Of a stretch of DNA of 64,000 nucleotides, positions 1 through 10,238 are shown one piece after another (position 1 is the stretch's first letter; every line of letters begins with the position of its first letter). The translations under genes and the position numbers were made by a program. Location: NCBI GenBank assembly GCA_024346625.1, contig AP024667.1, forward strand, positions 124,001 through 188,000. Direction: 5' to 3'. Origin of the DNA: Williopsis jadinii (lineage: Eukaryota). The notes below the pieces were generated by a model. The model was not told where the DNA came from, made no database searches, and worked only from the letters and a program-made list of their open reading frames with translations.

Positions 1-114
1 TGGTGATTTGAAGAGAAGAATTACCAAATGGAAGAAGAAAAATAATATTGTTGCACATTAGTCTAGTATAAAAATCATCTAAAGAGAGAGAAAGAACTAG
101 TAGAGAAACTCAAA

Positions 115-1462
115 TCATTCAACCTCTGCAAATGCTCTATAAGATGTAAAGTCCTTGTCATTGGTGGCAAGTTCAATTTCGACATTTGGTGCGATGAAGT
201 AGTTAAATCCTGGCTCTGCATCCAATTCTTTACCTTGGAACTTGATTAAACCTTTACCCTTTGTAACGATAAGAATACTTGGACCTTCAAAACCACTGAA
301 TTTCCGAACACCAGTAGATGTATTGAAGGTTGTCTGCAAGACGGCAAATTCTTCAATTGGAGGGTTGAACAATTTGGATTCACCATCTCCAGAGGATCTC
401 TCAAACGTTTGGGCAACCATTTTCTGCTTCTCAACGTCATCGTACGAATACGTCAACATTTCAACCAAATTCTTAACGTCTTTAAACTTTGGTGTGAAGC
501 CTGCTCTCACGACGTTATCAGATGCGGCCATACATTCAATGATATCACCAGAGATGTATGCATGCGGGTCCTTAGCTTGAAGGAACATTGCCTCACCAGC
601 GTTCAATTGACAGTGGTTCAACAACAAACAGCCACAGAACAAGCCAACATCCTTAGGGAACTGTTCGTTCATTCTCAGAATTAAATCTGGTAGCTCCGGT
701 TTATTGAACAATTGTGGTGAAGATTTGGCCCTTTCAACCAAAGACTCTGACTCTTTAGCGATTTGGTCATCTGAGGCGTTCATAATTTTACCGAAAACTG
801 CTTGTAACAGCTCTCTGTTTGTCTTGTCCTCTTGAGAACCGAGCTTTGCATCAGTTACAATACCGTTGACGAATTTGGACGCAACATCCTCGCCAACGAT
901 GTTGATCAACTCTGGAATCTTCTGCAACTCATCTGCAATTTCTTCCAAAGGTTTGAACCCGCAGAAGCCTTCAAATGGGGTGACTGCGATCGCCATCTCT
1001 GGCTTATGGTTATCATCCGGATAGTTTTTTGGATCGTTGGCATGGAGCACTTTGGCCAATGACTTATCCGGATGAGCCTGGATACTCAAAACCTTTCTAA
1101 TGGACAACACTTTGAACAAGAACGGCAACTCATTGGTCGAGCTGTACTTTGAAATGATAGCGTCCCCCAACAGTTCCTTTGGGTCTGACGCGATAACCTC
1201 TCTCAAGGACGTTTCGTCTGACAGTCTCTTCGATGGCACCTTTGGATGCGTTCCCATCCACAACTCAGCATAAGGCTTCGATTCATCAACAACAACGCTG
1301 GCGTTAGAGTTGCGCGCAAACTGTGCAACAGCTGATGACGATCCCAACTTCCCCCAGTCGTAGTTCTGATAACCTATAAAGAAACGTTAGTAAGGGAGGT
1401 AAAAGAGCGGGAAACAGCGACAAAGACTCACCTGAGTCCAATCTAAACACCTTTTCAACCAT
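115..1462 (-). CDS. PMI40: Mannose-6-phosphate isomerase, 2 exons (1462-1432, 1373-115)
   Basis: The spliced N-terminus reads MVEKVFRLDSG|YQNYDWGKLGSSS. Motifs ELWMGTHP, LSIQAHPDK and YPDDNHKPE are present. The 58-nt intron 1431-1374 has GTGAGT...TACTAAC...TAG. Confidence 0.96.
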
Positions 1463-1509
1463 GTTTGAAGCGCAAGGAATACAAAAGATAAACAAAAGTA
1501 GTATTAATT

Positions 1510-1639
1510 TAGCCGCCGATAGCTTTGTTGGTGATTTGTTGACGTTGCAGTTGGCCTATTTTCTTCTTTTTCGCGTCAGCCTTTTTTTGCTTCTTTTGTG
1601 TCCGTCAAAAAGGGAGCCAAAAACAGAATTAGCCGCCGA
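1510..1639. promoter_or_regulatory. Two perfect URS1 (Ume6-type) elements, TAGCCGCCGA
   Basis: Exact TAGCCGCCGA at 1510-1519 and 1630-1639 in the PMI40/p25 divergent intergenic region. Confidence 0.6.
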
Positions 1640-1701
1640 ATTCAGATGAGTTTTTCCGTGCGACACGCGAGCTGCGCACGTTTTTTGTATTGCCGTTTTT
1701 C

Positions 1702-1728
<27 letters not shown>
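1702..1728 (+). repeat. (TTG)9 microsatellite
   Basis: Directly visible upstream of the p25-like ATG at 1781. Confidence 0.95.
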
Positions 1729-1733
<5 letters not shown>

Positions 1734-1780
1734 CAAATTTGGCAAACTCAGCGCGTGGACGGCGTGTGGAGGAAACCAGC

Positions 1781-2338
1781 ATGGAATTGGTGGATTGGAT
1801 AGAAACAGAATCTGGGAACCGAATCTCCAAGCACGCACTGATCCATGGGTCTGACCACATTTTGATCGCAGGCAATACGACAATCTCTGCGAAGGTTGAA
1901 CTCCATGGCGACAAGCCGCTGGTGCAGGGGAGTACTAACGCTATCCAACTAGGTAAATTCTGCTATTTGGACGAAGGTGTTGTTATATCGCCTCCACTGT
2001 GTACAGGTTCCCGTCACAAGATCTGCAAGATTGGGTCGTACACGATGATTGGCCGTGGCACCATTGTTGAAAGCGCTAACGTTGGTAACCGTGTTGTCAT
2101 TGGGCCCAACTGTAAACTACACAAGTCCAGTACTATTTATGATTGCGTCGTCATTAAACCGAATACCATTGTCCCTGAGAATTATACCATTCCGCCGTTT
2201 TCCATAGTGTCATCGTCCAAGAGCCCCGGTGGTGTGCTAAGAGTGGAGCACTTGCCAGAATCTTATAAAAAGGTTGTTGAGGTGAACAGCAAGCTAAGCT
2301 ACATCAACAGCCAATTTATCCCCTCTGACACACCATAA
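1781..2338 (+). CDS. Dynactin subunit 5 (p25/DCTN5)-like left-handed beta-helix protein
   Basis: MELVDWIETESGNRISKHALIHGSDHILIAGNT resembles the p25 N-terminus (YIETxxGNKxSRxxxxxGxxNIxLxGK). Hexapeptide repeats (IGSYTMIG, VGNRVVIG) and IPPFS follow. The upstream GTG start in the ORF track is unlikely. Confidence 0.8.
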   Translation: MELVDWIETESGNRISKHALIHGSDHILIAGNTTISAKVELHGDKPLVQGSTNAIQLGKFCYLDEGVVISPPLCTGSRHKICKIGSYTMIGRGTIVESANVGNRVVIGPNCKLHKSSTIYDCVVIKPNTIVPENYTIPPFSIVSSSKSPGGVLRVEHLPESYKKVVEVNSKLSYINSQFIPSDTP

Positions 2339-2996
2339 CCAGAGGCTCCACTTGTCGGTAGTATGAGATAGCGAACATTCAGCGCTGAAAGCTCTAAATA
2401 CCGCTCAATCGCACTTACATTCTCGACACAGACGAGATCTGACTTATTCAAGAGTAACAACAACTTCATCCTCTTTCCAGCGTCTGGAGCAACTTCTTGA
2501 TCAAGTTGTAAACTTGTCAGTATGCTTTTAACGCGGTCCAAGTACTCCACTGAAAGCTTTGCAGAATCCATAACAAATATTATGCTGTTGACGCCGTACA
2601 AGAAGTTATGGTAGTTGGAAATGGCAATATCATTCGAAAGACTGATGATCTCCAGCTCGGTGTCCATATAGTTTATACTCTCCATAAGGGCTTTTCCCCC
2701 CAAGCTTGTTAGTAACTATCTCTCTATTCGATCTCCACATGGCTTTAAAACAACTTACATCTTTTACCGCTCTGCTCTGTTCCAATCAGCAACGCAACTT
2801 GCTCGCTCTTCTTCCTCCTGTTGAAAATATTCAATGGGTTTCTTACAAATTTAGTGGGAGATGACGGTTGCAGTACATGGATCTTTGGTCCTCTGGTTAT
2901 TGTGCAGTTTGCCGAATCGCTATCGGTATGTGGCTCGTCGCTGGACGCTGTTGAGTTCGAATTCGTACTGGAAGTGCGATCAGTACGACTTGTCAT
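2299..2996 (-). CDS. Degenerate Arf/Arl-like small GTPase, 2 exons (2996 or 3026-2759, 2690-2299)
   Basis: Intron 2758-2691 (GTAAGT...TACTAAC...AAG) joins two ORFs in frame: VALLIGTEQSGKR|SLMES...IIFVMDSA...LLLLLNKSDL...ILPTSGASGYGVSEGINWL. These are Arf-type G1/G4/G5 and C-terminal features. Confidence 0.7.
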
Positions 2997-4699
2997 GTTG
3001 GTCCAAGTACGGTGGAGTTTGAACATTCTCCGGTGCGCTGGTGGGTTGAAGTAATTATATGTGCAGAAACACAACAACCAACAAAAGCTGAGAGAGCCAG
3101 GCCAGTGTTCTAGGATATGGGGGTGAAGCACACTTATAAATGTGTCGTGGAACTTGCTCCCTTTCTGGAATGTCTCACTATTCCTCTCATAGCCAGCATA
3201 CATTTTCTTTCTTTTTCTGGCCTGAATTAATTAAATTCTCCCCCTGACTATGGCTTACCACTGCCTTAGTGAAGGGCGTACGCTGTGCAAGTTCTGGAAT
3301 GATTTGCAGATGCCTCGATAAGCCCGAACGCGCATGTAATTTCCACCAAATATGGGGGCATGGCAAATTACATTGAACAATGTACAGTTTGTGCGTTCAA
3401 TTGAGAGTTACAATAGAAAATAGAAGGTTATCGGCTTTCTCTGAATACAAGCGCAAGTATGCACTATAGTCTGTCGTGACTCGAATGGGATTGGCCAATT
3501 GGCTCATTTGGAGTCTAGACTTTAGAAGTATCGGCGAGGCTGTCTCAAGCGTCAATGTTTAACGCTGGAACTTGAGACAGATCACCGTTTTGTGAGTGTT
3601 AATGATACTTGAACGCATGGAGTCCAAAAGAATTTTCCATAGGTGGCAGCGCATGTGATTGGGCACATTTGGCGACAAATAGGAAGTTAGAGCTTAAACC
3701 AAGGCTGTGAATCTCAGCGTCCAACAACTGCCCCCAACTGTGTATCAAAGATGTGTTGTAAAACATGCTGGCTGGACCCGAGAGCCCGTGACGTACCTCG
3801 CTAAGGAAGACAAGAAAAGTTGGCTGCAGCAATTCCAAACCTGTGCAATTGGCCCAACACGTATAAACTGTGCGGGCTACTTTACATAAAGGCAGCGTCT
3901 GCATATCAGTGGTTTTATCGGCTACGAATAGGTTAAGGCCCATTTCCCATCATCTGGGAATGTCCTTGCGCCACGAGTGTTTCCCTTTTCCCCTGTTGCC
4001 TTATTCCAATGGTTGGTGAAACGAGGCTGCCCTTACATGCTGGTATTCCAACAAGCTGGGTAAAAAACTATTCGAACCCGGGAAATGGGGAATTCGTTGA
4101 CGTGCTGCACATTCCATGAATTATTGACGGAACACTGTTCCATAGCCAACCTATGTGTGATCAGCGAGGTGTGGTGAATTGAATTGATGTGTAGGCGAAA
4201 ACGTACGTATGCGTGGTGGTACTTATACATGGCCGCGCTTGGACAGCGATACAGCCTACAAGTGAACACCTTTCTTGTGTAGATCCTCAACTTATGTCAT
4301 ACGTTGGTGCACATGAGTTCTCGGACAGATCTCTGGGTAACTTGAACGGGAGATCGAAACTTAACCTAAAGCGAAATACGCTCTCAAAGTGTCGTGAATA
4401 AAGGCCTCTTCTTTTTCATTTTGCCCCGTCCTTCATTTTCATTAAGCCACTGTTGAAACCTTGGATGTGTTTTTCTTTGACCCGTTTAATGCTGGAAATT
4501 GATCTCTAAAACGAAAAAGGCACAAATGTCCGAAATTGGGTTCTCAAACGAAAATTTGCACTTTTCGTCAACTTCCCGCAAATGCTGAACGATGTGCTTA
4601 TGTAATCAGAACTGGCAAAAGACACACCAAGCCGGGTAACACTTTCAATTGCGATGAAGTAAAAAAACACAGAGACGGAAAACAAAACAAACCCAACTG

Positions 4700-4717
4700 G
4701 CGATGAGAAACTTTTCA
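4700..4717 (+). promoter_or_regulatory. PAC plus RRPE-like elements upstream of NTF2
   Basis: GCGATGAG (4700-4707) abuts AAACTTTTCA (4708-4717), about 40 bp upstream of the ATG. Confidence 0.5.
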
Positions 4718-4757
4718 CTCTCCCTCCATTACAACCTCAAGAACATCTGTAAACGAC

Positions 4758-5341
4758 ATGTCTGGTAAGTTGGATATCACCATACCCCATATTGGTCTCT
4801 GTGCGGAATACTAACCATACATTTCACAGTTGATTTCAACACCCTCGCTCGTATGTGATTGTTGCGGCACCTCCCTCTCCGTCCCTCGCTCTCGCTGTGT
4901 TCCCACTAACATTGAACCCATAAAGAACAATTCACCGAATTCTACTACAACCAGTTCGACTCTGACAGAAGCCAACTGGGTAACCTCTACGTAAGTATTT
5001 CCGCTCACCAGTGCGGTGTTCGTGTCTAGTGTGTATTTGCTAACATACGCCTCTAGAGGGACCAATCCATGCTCACTTTTGAAACATCACAAGTCCAAGG
5101 TGCTAAGGATATCGTTGAGAAGTTGACCTCGTTGCCATTCCAGAAAGTTGGCCACAGAATCACCACCCTCGACGCCCAACCTGCCTCCCCTAACGGTGAC
5201 GTCTTGGTGATGGTCACCGGTGAGTTGCTCATTGATGAGGAGCAAAACCCACAGCGTTACTCCCAAGTGTTCCACTTGATCCCAGATGGCGCTTCCTACT
5301 ACGTCTTCAACGACATTTTCCGTCTCAACTACGGTTCTTAG
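4758..5341 (+). CDS. NTF2: Nuclear transport factor 2, 4 exons (4758-4764, 4830-4850, 4926-4990, 5057-5341)
   Basis: The spliced product is [40 protein letters not shown]...[14 protein letters not shown]. Three introns: GTAAGT/TACTAAC/CAG, GTATGT/CACTAAC/AAG and GTAAGT/TGCTAAC/TAG. Confidence 0.96.
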
Positions 5342-5635
5342 ACATGGCGCTGCGTATGTCTCTGCTGTTTAGCTAGTGAATACACACACTTAGATAATTG
5401 AAACTTTTAGAAGGCTGTAGTTTGACCAGAATGAAAGTATAGCTGGCATTTCGATGTTTACACATCCAGCACACACAGGGTGAGGCTACTGCGCCTTTCC
5501 AGCATGATGCCACTTACCCCTAAAAAACTACAAAAACCCCCATGATGCCGGTGTTCACACCAAACACACACAACAGCCACGGATACAAGCCAATAATCAC
5601 AATCGCCAGGATCTACAATCAATACTACGACAACA

Positions 5636-7963
5636 ATGACTTCGTTACAGGATATCATCTCTGCTAAGCAGGAGAACGATGGTGAGTCGGATAACGATTC
5701 CTTTGCAGAGGCTGACGCTATCCCCGTTGTGCCAAACAGACCAGCCAGATCAAAGAAGAGTGAAGCGGTTCCGCAAGCGGAGGCCGCTGTTCCTACGCCA
5801 CCAGTGCCTCAGAGGCCTAAGAAGCGTTCCACTGAAGAGTTCAACAGTGCTTCGGTGCCGGTGGTTCCTCAAAGGCCTCTGAAGAAAGAGGCGACACCGA
5901 TCGTCGTTCAGGAGGAGGACTCCGATTTAAACGAGGAGGTTGAGCCTGGCAAAGTTAGTGACAACAAGGATATAGATTACAACCTGTTAAGACCCGACTA
6001 CAATGAAAGAGAAGCGCAGATTGAGGCCATAACCAGTGATGCAGAGTCAATTGCTGAATTGGATGAATATGATGACGAGGATGATGAGGGAAATGGAGGG
6101 GAAGAACTTGCGCCAGATCCTAGAACAAGTAGACCGAATAATGGAGAGGAGGAACCTTTCCCTTCACCAAGTGCAGATGATTTCATCACAAGGGTGGATG
6201 ATGAGTTGGAAGAGTTGAAGCTCATGACGAGTAAACGTGATCCTGATGTGTCAACTCCTGAAGTTCCTCAACAACATCCTCATGTGCCGCATCACAGACC
6301 TATTGGGAACATTGATCCAAAAGTCATGGCTCGTACTTCCACATCTGATTTGAGAAACGAGGTTGAGGAGTTGTACAGTTCACATCATGCTTGTCGTGAA
6401 TCAGCACCTGGTACACCAGCTTCTGGAATTATCCATCCTCAACGCTCTCAAAATGTTCCAAAGAGACCAGCAATTGCTACTGCATTAGCTGCTTCGAGTC
6501 TCCGCCGTACAGGCACCGATGAATTAAGGGAAGAAGTTACTGAATTGTACAGCTCAAAGCACGTGTGTGGTGACTCTGCTATTGCTACACCTTTGGATAC
6601 ACCATTGAGAAAGGACAGTGCCGTTTTCTTTAACCAAAGCAGTGGAAGTCAAGTTGATGTTTCCTCCAGTGGTAAAGAAGAAGAATCGGCCCCTACGGTG
6701 GAACCAGTGGTGCCAAAGAGACCTTCAAAATCCAAACAAGTATTAGAAGAAGTGGTTTCAGAAAAGCAACCACGCGAAAAGATACCTGAAGATGAAGCAT
6801 CGAAACCATTGGCAGATGAGCCTATAGTTCCTCAAAGACCAACCAAGTCGGAACCTGTCGTTCCAAAGAGGCCTTCCAAACCTGTTCCAGAGGAAGAGCC
6901 AGTTGTACCAGAAAGACCTGTTTCAGCTGTACCTGAGCTCACAACGGAACCTAAGATCGAACAGAAGACAACTGATGAACCTTCCATCCCTGAACGCCCA
7001 AAGGCTAAAGGTCCACCAGTGATTCCAAAGAAGCCTTCTTCCAAGATTGCCGCTTTCCAAGAGATGTTGCGTAAGAACCAAGAGCGTGAACAGATGGAAA
7101 TTCAACATAGACCTTCTTCCACTAGAAGATCTGTTGCCAATGACGATTCTCAGAACAATGACGATGAAGAACCTACCACTCAAACGCGTTCTACCTTCAA
7201 GAAGAACCTCAATGGGTTATTTGCACTTCCAGGCATGGCTCTGCCTGGTATGAAACCACCAAGTGTTTTATCAAATGAAGCCAAAGATGAAGCTGATGAG
7301 GAGTCTGCAGAACCCGTGGCTAATGATGCAAGAAGGGCTAGGGCAAGGGGTCCCAGAGGTAAGAGACTGCCAAAGAGTGCAAGTGAGAAAGTGGAAATTG
7401 TCGATAGAAGAGTCATCAACGTCACTGACGTCTGGTCTACTGGGTGTGAGAGTGAGGGCTATGTGCTGAACAAGGAAGAGGATAAGAAGTCCAGAGACAC
7501 GCCTGTTGTTGAAGAGCTCGATGTCGAAGACATCCCAGTGGAGAAGGTGCAAACGGAGGAGTTTGTTGAGGAGCCTATCGATGACCTCGCTGATGATGCT
7601 GAAGAGGAAGCTGAAGAGTTTCAAGAAGTTTCAACGCCTGCTGAGAATGACGAAGACATCACAGATACCGAGGAGACCATCTCCGTGTCAACGTCAGACA
7701 TCACCACTACAACAACAACAACCAAGAATCGCACCGAGACCTCACAGCAACCTTCAGAGGAGAAGCACTCGTCGTCCACAGTGGGAGGAGAGACATCTCG
7801 CCAAGACGGTGATGTCAGCGTGGCGCAAGACACCGCTGAGCCTACAGTTGTCGAACCTACAGTGTCTGAGCCTTCTATTCCTCACAACGACGGTGCCGGA
7901 AGCGACCAGTCTGACCTGGAGTCCTTCCACGACGCTGCAAATGTCGACGAGCTAAGGGAGTGA
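5636..7963 (+). CDS. AIM21: Aim21-like proline-rich actin patch / capping-protein regulator
   Basis: Many PxxPxRP repeats, PKKPSSKIAAFQEML, LNGLFALPGM and a CPI-like RARARGPRGKRLP motif. The protein is acidic and likely disordered. Confidence 0.82.
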   Translation: MTSLQDIISAKQENDGESDNDSFAEADAIPVVPNRPARSKKSEAVPQAEAAVPTPPVPQRPKKRSTEEFNSASVPVVPQRPLKKEATPIVVQEEDSDLNEEVEPGKVSDNKDIDYNLLRPDYNEREAQIEAITSDAESIAELDEYDDEDDEGNGGEELAPDPRTSRPNNGEEEPFPSPSADDFITRVDDELEELKLMTSKRDPDVSTPEVPQQHPHVPHHRPIGNIDPKVMARTSTSDLRNEVEELYSSHHACRESAPGTPASGIIHPQRSQNVPKRPAIATALAASSLRRTGTDELREEVTELYSSKHVCGDSAIATPLDTPLRKDSAVFFNQSSGSQVDVSSSGKEEESAPTVEPVVPKRPSKSKQVLEEVVSEKQPREKIPEDEASKPLADEPIVPQRPTKSEPVVPKRPSKPVPEEEPVVPERPVSAVPELTTEPKIEQKTTDEPSIPERPKAKGPPVIPKKPSSKIAAFQEMLRKNQEREQMEIQHRPSSTRRSVANDDSQNNDDEEPTTQTRSTFKKNLNGLFALPGMALPGMKPPSVLSNEAKDEADEESAEPVANDARRARARGPRGKRLPKSASEKVEIVDRRVINVTDVWSTGCESEGYVLNKEEDKKSRDTPVVEELDVEDIPVEKVQTEEFVEEPIDDLADDAEEEAEEFQEVSTPAENDEDITDTEETISVSTSDITTTTTTTKNRTETSQQPSEEKHSSSTVGGETSRQDGDVSVAQDTAEPTVVEPTVSEPSIPHNDGAGSDQSDLESFHDAANVDELRE

Positions 7964-8592
7964 AGGCTCGACGGCTGTATGACCACGAACGATGGAGCCA
8001 GAGAACAAGTACGCTCGCACGCATTTGTAAGGAGCAGAAGCAATCTAAAACGTCGCTGAATCTTTTATATAGGCCAAGACACCCGCCATGTGGCTCAGCA
8101 ACATGGTTTCAGCCAGTGCACCATTCCGTAAACCTGTACACCTTTATATATTTGTGACAATTATTGTGCTGTTTAACATCAAATGAGTACTAAACGAGCT
8201 CACAGAGAGAGCAAGCGTCGGTACGAAACGGGGAAAAAGCCGCCGATCTGTTGACATTTGCCACCGCGTCTTTTGGGCTTTTGCTGTGCGTCTTTCCTTG
8301 TTTTCGTTTTTTTTCGGGGGGTCCGCCCGCGCCGTTACGCGCACGCGTTTGTTTACGCTTTGAAATTTTTTTCCATTACCGAGGCAACTGTTCTTTTTGT
8401 GCTTCGGGACTTGAGGCCGGCATTTTATATACGGATAAATTCTCTTTTCTCATTTACTCTTCCTTGTTGTTGTGATTCGTCGTCTTCATCTTCTTGCTTT
8501 ACGACAGGGACATCAAAAGGGCCTGCAGAAGTACTCACTCGCTCCACTTCGTTTCGCCCGCCTTGTTCGCCATATAAAGCTACACAGACAAC

Positions 8593-10029
8593 ATGAAGCT
8601 CTCGCTTGCTGTCCTATCACTCGCTGCAACGTCCGTGGCCTCCCTCGCACCAATAGAAGTGCGTGGGAATGCCTTTTGGAACTCAGATACCGGTGACCGT
8701 TTCTACATCCGTGGTGTCGACTATCAGCCTAGAAACAACGGTACGTTGGTCGATCCACTGGGCATAGAGGAGATCTGTCTCCGTGACGTTGAATACTTCA
8801 AAGAGCTCGGTTTGAACACCATCAGAGTGTACACCGTTGATAACTCTTTGAACCATTCGGCCTGTATGCAAGCTTTGGATGACGCTGGCATTTACCTGAT
8901 CTTGGACGTGAACACGCCAGAGGCATCTATCTCAAGATACGATCCGTCATGTTCCTACAACGCCCAGTACTTGCAGGCAATCTTCTCCACGGTTGATGTG
9001 TTTGCCAAATACGATAACGTGTTGGGGTTCTTTGCTGGTAATGAGGTTATCAACGATATCGAGAACACAACAGCTGCTGCTCCTTACGTCAAGGCTGTGG
9101 TGCGTGATCTGAAACAGTACATGAAGTCTCAGGACTACAGAGCCATTCCTGTTGGATATTCCGCTGCAGATGTCTCGTCAAACGTCTTCCAGACAGCTGA
9201 ATACTTCAACTGTGGTGATGATGAAGATGCAAGAATCGACATGCTTGGTGTCAACGATTACTCATGGTGTGGCCAGTCATCTTACGTGGTTTCTGGTTAC
9301 AGGGAAAAGGTACAGAAATACACCGGCTACTCTGTTCCAATCTTCTTTTCTGAATACGGTTGTAACACCGTTGGTACTTCAAGACTGTTCACGGAGGTTG
9401 GTACTATATATTCAACACTGATGACAAGTGTCTTCTCTGGTGGCCTGGTCTACGAGTACTCAGAGGAGAGTAACAACTATGGTTTGGTTGAGATCGACGA
9501 CAATGGAAACGTTACCATTCTCACAGATTTCACCAACTTGCAATCCCAACTCAACGATACCTCTGACCCAACGGGTGATGGTGGTTATGCAGCCTCTAAT
9601 TCCATCTCTACCTGTCCAACTTATGAGGCTGGTATTTGGGAAGTTGAAGATAACACCATTCCAGATACCCCATCGGCTGCATCAGTGTTCTTCTCATCTG
9701 GTGCAGGCCAACCTCTAGGAACTGACATTGGAAACACACAATGGGGTTGCTACGCTGATGATGATGACGAGGATGAATCTTCTTCTTCGGACTCCTCATC
9801 TGAATCTTCTACAGGTTCTTCAAGTTCCTCCTCTTCATCTGATGCCTTCAGCTCAACAGTTGCGACAGCTTCCTCCTCTGCATCCAAGTCATCTTCTGAT
9901 TCAGCTCCAAATTCCATTCAAGTGCCAACTATTTTCAACATCTTGTACTCATTTGGTAACGGCAATTTGATCTCGATGCTCTTTACAACATTGCTTCTTT
10001 CTTCTGGGCTTGTTGTCTTTGCCATTTGA
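8593..10029 (+). CDS. GAS5: GH72 beta-1,3-glucanosyltransferase without X8 domain, GPI-anchored (Gas5-like)
   Basis: Signal peptide, RFYIRGVDYQP, GFFAGNEV and FFSEYGC catalytic motifs, a Ser-rich tail and a hydrophobic GPI signal. Confidence 0.85.
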   Translation: MKLSLAVLSLAATSVASLAPIEVRGNAFWNSDTGDRFYIRGVDYQPRNNGTLVDPLGIEEICLRDVEYFKELGLNTIRVYTVDNSLNHSACMQALDDAGIYLILDVNTPEASISRYDPSCSYNAQYLQAIFSTVDVFAKYDNVLGFFAGNEVINDIENTTAAAPYVKAVVRDLKQYMKSQDYRAIPVGYSAADVSSNVFQTAEYFNCGDDEDARIDMLGVNDYSWCGQSSYVVSGYREKVQKYTGYSVPIFFSEYGCNTVGTSRLFTEVGTIYSTLMTSVFSGGLVYEYSEESNNYGLVEIDDNGNVTILTDFTNLQSQLNDTSDPTGDGGYAASNSISTCPTYEAGIWEVEDNTIPDTPSAASVFFSSGAGQPLGTDIGNTQWGCYADDDDEDESSSSDSSSESSTGSSSSSSSSDAFSSTVATASSSASKSSSDSAPNSIQVPTIFNILYSFGNGNLISMLFTTLLLSSGLVVFAI

Positions 10030-10238
10030 TCACATTATCGTCTACTTAGATTGCATGAATTTACAACTGAGAATTTAGAATCAAGAATATAATAAACAAT
10101 TATAAGAACTAATATGCAATTGCAGTATGTGTAAACCCTTCATTCCTCTCCTCCCAAAGAGACACCCTTTAATATACAGTATGTCCTTTGGATCTAATTG
10201 TTCCAGCCAATTAAACAACAACAGCTCCTTGTAATGAC

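Noticed and set aside
1598..1780. N-terminal poly-Cys extension of the p25-like ORF and the antisense poly-Q/poly-N ORFs
   Set aside because: These are artefacts of the (TTG)9 repeat and a non-ATG start; homology begins at ATG 1781.
3200..4700. Short ORFs in the 1.5 kb gap before NTF2
   Set aside because: No recognisable motifs or codon bias.
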